A stretch of 64,000 bases of DNA, taken from the NCBI GenBank assembly GCA_949358305.1, contig OX442314.1, positions 15,314,001-15,378,000 on the forward strand, read 5' to 3'. The notes below the pieces were generated by a model. The model ran no database searches. It was not told the origin of the DNA and was given only the letters and a program-made list of their open reading frames with translations. This document shows positions 1-9,900 of the stretch, piece after piece. The DNA comes from Strigamia acuminata (lineage: Eukaryota). A program made the translations under genes and the position numbers. Each line of letters begins with the position of its first letter. The first letter of the stretch is position 1.

Positions 1-786
1 ATAGGGTGCTACATTTTAGTTTTACGTTCTATGCCGAATTTAGAGTATTTAGATTTTTCACACGGAACGTGGTTGACTAAACTGCCACCCGACTTGCTAA
101 ACCGAAAATTTAATCTGAAAAAGCTCGTTTTTTGCAATTTAAGCGAGCAAATCGAGAAAGAGCTCGCCGTCGCACTTTCTAACTGTCCGCTTGTGAATAA
201 TGTGGATTTGACTACTAATAAGTTTTCTACAAAGATTTTGTCCATGTTGACCACATGGAGTGATTTGACTATCTTGGACTTTAAAGTTGTTAGTTCGAAA
301 TATTTTGATGAAAACAGTTCGACCGTTGTTTTTGTCGACGACAATAGTCTCGAAGCAAATGGTTTCCAATTTTCCAGTTTAAAAGAATTTTCAATTCGTG
401 ATCGAAGAAATTTGTGGTTATCAAACGTAGAAAATTTATACAATTTGCTTGCAATTTGTCCCCAGCTCTCAAAGTTGACATTCACAGAGTGCAATGTACT
501 TGACGACCAAATGGCGTTGCAGACATCGCGACTTTTGTCGAGAAAAAGTATTAAGGAAATTCAAGTTGAATATTGTAACCTTTTGAGGCCGCCAGGAATT
601 CGCCATTTTCTCAATATCCCTTCTCTCACTGAATGTTCTGTTGACCTGCTGCTCACCAAAGCTGAACAACGACAATTCGATATTGAGTCACTGGAGGAAC
701 AAGCCAGAGATATGGGGAAAAATCTTAAAATCAAAATTACAATTAGAACACTTTTTCATGATTTACTGTCACGTTTATTCAATTAA
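1..786 (+). CDS. Leucine-rich-repeat protein (RNI/FBXL-like LRRs), 5'-partial, last exon; paralog of the next gene
   Basis: Frame is open from base 1 (IGCYILVLRSMPNLEYLDF...) to TAA at 784-786. It has LxxLxL repeats (CPLVNNVDL, CPQLSKLTF) and aligns with the 1446-2924 product (DLTTNKFSTKILSMLT vs DLTINKFSTKILSLLT). AATAAA at ~846. Confidence 0.8.
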   Translation: MGCYILVLRSMPNLEYLDFSHGTWLTKLPPDLLNRKFNLKKLVFCNLSEQIEKELAVALSNCPLVNNVDLTTNKFSTKILSMLTTWSDLTILDFKVVSSKYFDENSSTVVFVDDNSLEANGFQFSSLKEFSIRDRRNLWLSNVENLYNLLAICPQLSKLTFTECNVLDDQMALQTSRLLSRKSIKEIQVEYCNLLRPPGIRHFLNIPSLTECSVDLLLTKAEQRQFDIESLEEQARDMGKNLKIKITIRTLFHDLLSRLFN

Positions 787-1445
787 AAATATATCTCGAT
801 TTGTGATTTGCAACAGACAATTTTTTGCAAATTTATGCCCAGATAAATAAAATGTTGTTTTTGTAGATTTTGGTATTATATTTTATGCTAAGGTGCACAC
901 CCAGAGCTTTCCTGAAAATCCAATATGTTTTGCAGAGAAGTTATAACTCAAAACCATGCTAGTGCGCACTCTGATCAGTGTGATTACTTTGCTATGTTAC
1001 CTTAATGTTTTTCTTTTAAAAAAAATTGTTTAAGTTTAAGTTACGATTGTATCAGCAGATGGAGTTATTAATGCGTTTCTTTGGGCTTACACGCCATAAC
1101 ATGCAAAAAGAGCAAAAAACAATAACCAAAGCACAGACAATAATATTGTTTACAAAATATTTTGTCATTTTAAAGTTTAAATTTTGTTTGGTTACTAAAG
1201 CCTATACAAATTAAAACACAAAATATTTTACTTTTTAGCAACATCATTTAAGGTATGCTATGTTGCCACTCGAGGTCGTTTCATTATTATCATTCTCATT
1301 ATTATTATTTACACTTTTAGAAAATTTAAAATTTTTAAAATTGAACATGTTATAAAATAATTTAAAATTTCTACATTGAAAGAAGACTAGATTTTCTTCA
1401 ATGTACGTTTATTTTAACAAATTTACTTTGATGAAATAAGTTAAA

Positions 1446-2924
1446 ATGAGAACTGTAAGTTTACAAGATCAGTCACTTGAATGTTTTAAAACGATGATAT
1501 TAAAATGGCAACCATCTGGAGACAGTTATATAGATATAATATTTGTTTCCAACTATCTACAACTGCTTTGTAAGTGGTCAACAAATTAATAGATAGTTTT
1601 GTGTAAGAATGGGAGTAATTTCACAGCTAAAGATCTTCGAGATCAACTATTTTCTGCTCTACTTTTACACTGTCAATATTGTGATGAAATACGAGAGAAA
1701 AATACTGTTCAATCAGGACATGTTGCCGCTTTCATAAGAGACAGCCAAAATCCAGAAGAACTTGTACTAAAGTTTGAAAATGCAGCTTTCGAATTCCAGT
1801 TGTTGCTAGATATTTGTGGTTACAAGCTTACTGTAAGTTATTAACGTTATTTTAAAGTATTTATAAGCTTAGTTTACCGAATGTCTAATGTTAAGAATAT
1901 TTTTAATTTTTAGAACATTTGGAGTCTCCAACTTCCGTTTTACAGTGAACTGTCGGTGAATCAATGTGCGAGAATGTGCCGCCTAATCCCGAATTTATCT
2001 AAATTAGTTTTATGTGCGGTCAATATAAATGATGACGCGATGACACATCTGACGGCTTACCATCTTGAACTGCTTGACCTGACAAGCACAAGGATTTCTG
2101 ACATTGGGATCGCACAATTGTGTTTCGGAAAACCAAATATAAAAAGAACGTTACGCGTTTTAAATATTGAAGATACCAACGTTACTAGTTACGGGTGTTC
2201 GGTAATACTCAAACATATGCCTCTAATTGAATATTTGGATGTAAATTCTTCTTGGTTGACCGCATTACCAGTCGAAATGATACAAACATCAGTATTAAAT
2301 ATACAAAAATTAAGTTTCAATACATCGTGTGATAACGTTGAAAACCAACTTGAAGTTGCTGTTCATGCATGTCCCAATGTGTGCACAATCGACTTAACTA
2401 TAAATAAATTCAGTACAAAAATATTGTCGTTGTTAACACAATTTCAACGATTGACTTATTTAAATATCAACGATTGTGCATGTAAACCGAGCCGTTTAAA
2501 GTCCATTTCATGGTGGCGTGCAGACACTAATAACTGCAATTTCCTTGATTGCATGAAACAAGCAGTGTTTTATACTTTACGTGAATTGTCATTACGGGAT
2601 ATAGACAACATTTGGTTCAAATCGGGTCGTTTTATTGCTTTTATTTCTGCCTGTCCAGTGATAAAAAAATTGACGATTAAAGACAGTGATGGATTTGATG
2701 ACGATATAGCAGTAACAATGATGGACATTAAATTAGAACAGTTACACATAGAAAATTGCAATGAATTGCGCCAGACTGGTGTTAATGCATTATTGAAAAT
2801 AGACTCTCTAGTGGAATGTAAAATACATTATAGATGTACTTACATAAGAAATTACTATTTTAACTTACAAACGCTCTTAAATACAGCTCGTGGTAGAGAT
2901 ATTTCTCTTTCGATACGGTTTTAA
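1446..2924 (+). CDS. LRR protein, possible cullin-RING substrate receptor; join(1446..1569,1627..1832,1914..2924)
   Basis: GT-AG introns 1570-1626 and 1833-1913 join three in-frame segments. Cys-containing LRRs (LELLDLTSTRISDIGIAQLC, LRVLNIEDTNVTSYGC). AATAAA at ~2979. Confidence 0.78.
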
Positions 2925-3057
2925 CATGTGTGTATTATAATTATTCTATAAAAGTTAAAAAAAACTAAGTATAAACCAATAAAAACAATTTTCAAACATT
3001 ATTGTGTTGAGACATTGATTAATCAAATTTCACGTGCATGTTTGGTTTAATAGAAAA

Positions 3058-3312
3058 CGGCAGGTTCACTGCCGAGGGCACCCAGCCGAGGATACTCTAA
3101 TGAGGTTATCCTAACACTGATAACCTTCTGCGGCTACCCCACAATGGTGCCCTAACGAGGGGGTGTCATATCGAGGTTATATAATGTTGTGACCGCATTA
3201 TAGTCTTGTCCTTATCGTTAGCCGCTCTGCGCCAATGCGAAGAACTAAAAGAATCTTCGTTAGTTATTGTTACCTATAAGTCCGGGGTTGCTATAGAGAC
3301 CCATTTATTTTT
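3058..3312 (+). ncRNA. Candidate structured RNA element, family unassigned
   Basis: GC-richer island with several nested helices: 3058-63/3069-74, 3075-82/3146-53, 3084-88/3131-35, 3103-10/3119-26, 3153-58/3215-20, 3180-86/3196-3202. A terminal hairpin is followed by a T-rich tract. G-U extensions favour the + strand. Confidence 0.35.
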
Positions 3313-3385
3313 ATTTTATTACTGTTTGATGAAAAATCGTAAAATTTGAGAGTAGTTAGAACTGAAATAGGTTTTGTTCTTACAA

Positions 3386-4076
3386 ATGTTTGAAATAAGT
3401 TTTAAACCGAAAGAACGAATGTACGTGTTTGCGGATGATAACACAATATACAAAACAGTTTTTTTCATAAATTTACCGAAGTAAGTAATAAAATTAGTAT
3501 GTCCTGAAATTCGATAAATTCACGTTTATTTTACAAATTAGAAGTCTTATTGTGAAGCTTCAGTATATTCTTGAAGCAGAGTTAGAGGTAAGTGCATATC
3601 TCTTGAGTTCAGTTTCAATATAAACTTGAAGGAAAAAAATGCTTTTAGGATTTAGTGGATCGGTATTTTCTAAATGTTTCAACTCCTATGATGAAGAAAG
3701 TTCACACAGCTTCTTTTCATATTGACATCAATATCCTTTGATTTCTGCTTACTGTAACTTGACCCTTTTTTTGAAATTGAATAGCCGTATGCATCTTAAT
3801 TCTCTTTCACCAACTACTCCTTGGCTGATACCAGAAGAGCTTGACGTTCTATCTTTAAACGGGAAACCGATTAATTTTATTAAACAAGAATATATATTCA
3901 GCGTGACGTTGTGTCCGAAAGCAATAAACCTCTTGAGGACCAAGGGCAAATTCGACAAATACATTTTTAATGAATGTGAAAACGGGCCGAACATGAAGAA
4001 ATCCGCACAAAGTTTTCAACATGAAGAAGATTGTGATATGTGGAGGTATTTGTCAGAACTCGAAGAAGTCAAATAA
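3386..4076 (+). CDS. MAJIN-like protein, short paralog A (~162 aa); join(3386..3480,3542..3587,3649..3730,3811..4076)
   Basis: Spliced product ERMYVFADDNTIYKT...ILEAELE|DLVDRYFLN...VHTASFHIDITTTPW...EYIFSVTL. Same exon phases as paralog B. Third intron is AT-AC (ATATCCTTT...TCTTAAT...CAC). Confidence 0.6.
3731..3810 (+). other. U12-type (minor spliceosome) AT-AC intron
   Basis: 5' ATATCCTTT, branch-like TCTTAAT ending at 3800, 3' ...CAC at 3810. Removing it restores the reading frame and the paralog alignment. Confidence 0.8.
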
Positions 4077-4452
4077 AGTAACAAAATGAAATTTTAAAAA
4101 ACTATTTCAACAGAACCGTATTGTAATCAGAAATATTATAATTACCTAAAATTTGTAGTTTGTGTCAGTCTAATCAGTATCCAAAATGAATGTAGGAAAA
4201 AACAAAAACAAAAACAAACAGAAATAGAAACTAAAAAAAAAAAAAAAGTTGTCAAGTTTGTATCAATAAAACCTGAATTTTTTTTAATTAAAAAAGTTTC
4301 CTATTACTTCGTCCATTTGCCTTTAGAGGTCGTGACGTAATTGCGGAATCCAGTCAGTCGTATTCGTTTCTATTGTCTACGCGTAACATCCCAAAGAAAG
4401 GCAATTGTTTAAATTCGGTTGCGTGACAACGGAATTGTTATCGCAAAATTGA

Positions 4453-6048
4453 ATGGCAGAACTTCAAAATTCAGGAGTAAACTTAGAAGCACGAACTACG
4501 CAATATTCAAAATGCTTTAAGTCCGACTATGACGAACGAATGTTTGTGTTTGTCGACGGTAACAAAGTCTACAAAACTGTATTTAGCCTAAATTTGCCCG
4601 CGTAGGTTTTATTTTGCTCAGTAACATTTCATTACGATATTTCGATATTTTACTTTTCATTTAGAACTGCCATCAAGAAAATCCAATACATTCTTGAAGG
4701 GGAATTAGAAGTAAGTAATAAATACGATTTACAAAAATTAAGTGATTAATGATAATGCGTACGAAATCGTAGGATTTCATCGACCGCTACTTCATAAATG
4801 AGAAAAACCTTCTGAGTAAAGTGCACACGCCATCTTTCCACATCGAAATCAATATCTTTTATTATTTTTTAATTAATTTAAGAACACCGAATTTTAAATG
4901 ATGATTTAATCTTAACGGAAATTTAAAGACCTGTCCTTGGTGGGTACCGCAAGAATTCCAACGTTTATCTTACAACGGACATCCATTACATTTTGTACAA
5001 ACCGAATACATATTTCACGTGACTTTGTGCCCTAAAGTCAAAAGTATTCTCGGCATGTCGGAAAAATTTGATGATAGTACGCAACAGAATTACTTTTCCG
5101 ATGAAGAGATTAACTTATGGGACGATACGAACAGAAGCGTAGTAGAATCATCTTACCACACATTATCCCAAGATGAAACGGACTGTGAAGATGCTAGTGA
5201 TTGGAGCCATTTGTCTGAGACTGATGCGGAGAGTTATAAATCAGAGGTTTCGGCGCTGTTTCTAAATGATGATTTGCCCAGGCAATCGGACGATGAAGAT
5301 GTATCAATAGATTCAACTGACACGCCGGACGACAGAGCCAATTTATCTCCAAGAATATTTTTAGTCACTAAGGTCGAAGAAACAAATCAGGGTGCAATTC
5401 CCAAAAGCAACAGCGATGTTTTATTGGTTCCAAGACCAATAAATGAGACGACGTCCCAATACTTCTTTTCACCATTGGCATCGTCCACCCAAAAGGTGGA
5501 ATTAGAGAGTAGCGATGTTAGTAATCTGAATTTTATTTTTTTTAATTTTTTTTTTTTATTAACAAAGTTTTATTTATTTATTTATGTATTTTAAATTGTA
5601 GTTTATGGACAATGCTGAAAAATTGATCTCTGGAACTTCACCCGATGCCAAAGATGATTTAGACAAAGAATTAAATGTTTGTTTCAGTTCTGTTATTGGT
5701 TTAATTTTAATTTTTGTATTTCCGTGTTTAGCGGCATAGTGAGTTGTTTTCACGCAATGTGCCAAAGATTGTGGATTTTGCTCATTCACAGGATACTTTT
5801 AATTATGCAGAACCAGGTAGTGTATTGTGTACGTAATTCGGAGTGTTTGTTTTGGTTTTATTAATTTTGTTGATTATATTTTTCAAGTTTCGTTCGTTTC
5901 AAATGCGGGGAAATCGGGTGTGACCATTGAAGATAGCAGTAATTTAGGAAATGAGAAAATTGTTATACCCTTTTCCGATGATATTAATTTTCAAGAGAAG
6001 AAAAAGAGTTTTGGTTGGGGGTTTATTGGAAAACTATTTGGAAAGTAA
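4453..6048 (+). CDS. MAJIN: MAJIN-like (membrane-anchored junction protein-like), full-length paralog B (~394 aa); join(4453..4601,4665..4710,4773..4851,4927..5516,5602..5676,5732..5816,5888..6048)
   Basis: Exons sum to 1185 nt in frame. N-terminal motifs ERMFVFVDGNKVYK / ILEGELEDFIDRYFINEKNL / HTPSFHI..W / YIFHVTL parallel recalled vertebrate MAJIN ETRFLHAGPNVYK / ITQELEDSVRVVLGNLDNL / ATEHFIV..W / FVFTLYV. An acidic, Ser-rich linker follows, then C-terminal KKKSFGWGFIGKLFGK. Confidence 0.62.
4852..4926 (+). other. U12-type intron, apparent AT-AA termini
   Basis: 5' ATATCTTTT, branch TCTTAAC ending at 4916, same 10-nt spacing to the 3' end as in paralog A. Of the nearby AA, AG and AC ends, only AA at 4926 keeps frame and length (IKTCPW vs ITTTPW). 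Confidence 0.65.
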
Positions 6049-6927
6049 AAATTTTTACACAACAGGCACAAATGGGGGATAAAAATTGAATACTTGTTTT
6101 GTTCGTATAAATTATTTATTTTGGCATAAGTGTTGCCCTCTTTTCCTGTTCAAAATTTTCTTATTGGTAATCCAAAACATTTTCTGACGTCACTGAAGGT
6201 GAAACATCTTTTGAAATAAGTTTCATTGCTACGACTGATTGTCACAATGGTATTAGATGAAAAATAGCTGAAAATTGAAATAAAACAGTAAACTTTTTTT
6301 GCGATTCTGACTCCAAGTGTGATTTTTTTAATTAAAAAAATGCAATAAAATTTTATTTCACATTTTTGAATTCATGTTACTTGCTTGCTGCCAGTCGGTT
6401 CCAGGTTTTCAAAATGGTGAACCCGTGCAAGGATATCGCCTTTTCCGAGACACTCCGATCTCGTTTAGTTGACGCACTAAACGAGAAAGACGAGAGCCAG
6501 CTATTTTCAGCAAGTGGAATATTGAGCCTATGTAAAATTATTTATTTTCTTAAATAATTTCCAATTTTGACGAGGTAACGAGCTCTTACATTTTCTTTAA
6601 TGCCAAACAAATCTCTAAGCGCCATTTTGGCTAAGATCTAATCAGCTAAATTACAAATTCAAAGTGAAGTAAGCCGATGCCCGAGTGAAATCTGTGTGGA
6701 TATAAACGAACGTTAGGCCTAATCAGTTTGGTTTGTGATGATTTTTCTTATTTTTATCGGTGCAAGTGTCTAGTGAACAATATAAAGTGACAATTTTGCT
6801 TCAGTTTGTTGGATCAGCGGCGACCAGCAAGGCTATATGCAGCAAGAAGTAGTTTGGGCGTTGAGTAAAGGGTGCCGCCCTCACCAAGATTACTCTGGAC
6901 TATCTGGAGTCTATTTCACAGTCGACT

Positions 6928-9900
6928 ATGTCTTCAACTACCTTCGTAGATAAAATAGACCCTTTTGCCAAGAGATCCCTGAAAAAGAAACAGAAAAAAT
7001 CCCAGGGCTCTTCCCGTTACAGATCTACAAACGATGTGGAGTTGCAGCCATTACCGCTGCTCAAAGGTGAGTGTCGTAAGTAAAATTCATTAACAAAAAA
7101 CACACACACCTTTTTTATGTGCAGAAAAAGGGATGGAAAAATAAAGGATCGCTATTTGGAATAGAAATTTTCTCATTTTTATAGATTAGATATTTAGACA
7201 CAACAATTAATAACAGATGGCTTAGCATTATATAAATAGTAAATTTAAAATAATATTTTTTTTTCCTGATTTTGACAGATTTGGAAAAATAATTTTTTTT
7301 ATCTTCAGAAAATCTTTTTAAATTTATTTTCATTTAATAAATTGGAGTTTTTCAGGTTGATATTCCGCAAGTCGTTAACAGAGCTACAATTTAACTGGAC
7401 AATTTAAGTGGACAATTAATTTTTTTTTTAAAAAGCAATTATATTATTGATGCAAGAATAAGTGTTCGAAAATTCTGGACACAACAAATTTAGAAATTAA
7501 ATTTCAAAGATTTGAGAATAAAATTCAAATATTTAGTTGGTGACTCATCAGAAAGCGAAAAAAAGCCGTGGAACCCTTAAAGAAAATTATTTTTAATCTC
7601 GGCTATTTATTATTCGCACCTCTAGATCGAACTGGATGAATCCTGTCATTGGTAGCAGGTTTTACTTCCAGTGAAGGGAAGTTGGCGATTTTTGTTTACT
7701 CGCGATAAAACAACTTAGCAATTAATGTGCCTTAAAATTGGCATCAGCCCTGACCCTTTTTATTTAGAAAATTAAAGATATTCTGCCCAGTTTACAAGTG
7801 ACAAGTCTTGCGAGTGGGCATCGGAAGCGAATTTAAAAAGGAAAATGAATTTAATCGAATCTAACTCGTGCAATTTTTCACTGTCTGAGCACATAAATAT
7901 TTGGACTTTTGCTCAATTGCACTGCTATGCTGCTAATCAGGTGCATACAAATGTCTAGATTTTGGATTGAAAGGGAAAAAATTTATGATAGACAAAATTG
8001 AGAGTTAGCTTTATGATAAGAGCTGATTTCAAGATTATTATTATTATTAATGATATTTTTAAATATATATATAAATATATATATTTATATTTATATACAT
8101 AATAATAATAATCTGATACATGGTTGAAAACGGTTTTGAATGAATAAAAGATGTTGAAAACCACCGGATTTTTCCTTTAAATTGTAATTCTGTTGGCAAT
8201 ATTGTCGTTTAATATCGGTTATTGGACTTGAAACAACGATTGTAGCAAATAATTTCTGGATTCCTTTAAGAGAATTAATTTTTTTTTGCAGAAAATAAAA
8301 AAAATTTCATCAGCAATAATTTAAATTTTAATAATAATTCTTAAAATTGCAAAGGGTGTATTTATAAAAAGAAAAAACAAAAGAATGAAAAGTTACCATC
8401 ATTTTGATTGAATTGATCATTAATTGCATTTCAAGTTGAAATGACGAAATCGCAAAAAATTTAAACTGTTAAAACAATTTTAAACAGACGATTTGGAATA
8501 TTTAATGTCTCCAGCCTTCTGTAATGAGCGTCATTTAACAAACTAGTTCAGTAAATTACGCAAGGGTTATTTATAGGACCAAATCCTGATTAAACTGCTA
8601 TACTTTGGACACATGAGAATTTTGGAGTTTAATAAATACGTTTAAAGTTTTAATTATTATTTTTTTTAATTTTTTAAAATTACCTTTTAGATGTACCTGC
8701 ATCTGAACAAGAGGAACTTTTTATTCGAAAGCTGCGGCAATGCTGTGTGGTGTTCGATTTTATGGACCCAGTGGCTGACTTGAAAGGCAAAGAAATCAAG
8801 AGGGCGACCTTAAATGAACTTGTCGATTATATTACTGCTGGACGAGGGGTCCTCACAGAAGCCGTATATCCTGAAATCATTCGTATGGTAATAACTCGTT
8901 TGGAACAAAAACATTTCTGTTGGCGATAACACAATTTGATTTCAATTTTAGATTGCTTGCAATTTGTTTCGGACTCTTCCACCGAGTGAAAATCCAGATT
9001 TTGACCCAGAAGAAGACGATCCTACCTTAGAGGCATCCTGGCCACATTTACAGGTAGTTTTAATACGATTAGACGAATTAGAAGCGGAGATTTAATGTTT
9101 TTCTTTACATTTCAGATTGTATATGAATATTTCTTAAGGTTTCTGGAATCACCTGACTTCCAGCCAAGTACTGGGAAGAAAGTGATTGATCAGAAATTTG
9201 TGTTGCAGGTTAGTTTAATGGGAAGAAATGGAGGGTTAATAAGTTGAAAAGTATTATTACTTTATTTAAATTATGTAAAAGAGTTTTTTTTTTAATGCGG
9301 TGAAATGGTTTGTGGGCAGCGGCTTTGATATTCATCGGATTAAAGTTGCATTTGTATACAATTGAGAGGAAATTGTGCGAATGCCAATGGTTTGCCAACG
9401 AGCTAAATTTTTCGATGTACCGAGTTATGTAATGGAGAGAAATGTTAGCTAAATATATTATTCATTCATCATTCTGGTTTAAAATCGTGTTTAATATACT
9501 TTTCTTTTCTTGTCTGACTGCATATTTCAAGCATTAAGTTTTAAAGCGGTTGAATTTTTTTTGGTTCATGCTATTTAAATTAAATTTATGGTTTTCATAA
9601 AATGCTCTAACTAGACACTGGGTGCGTTTAGTTGGGAGTGTGCCAAACCTTCATTTAAATGTTTGGGCCAAATATAGGGGCAAAGTTGATTCTACATTTA
9701 TTTTTATGACGATACTATTAGATTCTTGTTGTAAACATGGTAAGTTTGGATTCGCTCGTATGTTGTAATGCTAAATTTTTAATTTTTCTTTTTTTAATTT
9801 AGTATTTTTAATAGTAAGTAAAGAGAATTTTTTTTCAAGCTCTTTTGAAGATGGTGTGAAGAGTTCATTAGTTTTGTTGCTGAATCTCTCATAAATTATT

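Noticed and set aside
3110..3119. CCTAACACTG resembles a twister ribozyme 5' strand or a TTAGG telomerase template
   Set aside because: The rest of the twister core is absent, and only about one telomeric repeat is present, too short for a template claim.
6620..6641. GCCATTTTGGCTAAGATC resembles the U2 snRNA 5' region
   Set aside because: No GTGTAGTA branch-recognition sequence, Sm site or downstream stems; a short chance match.
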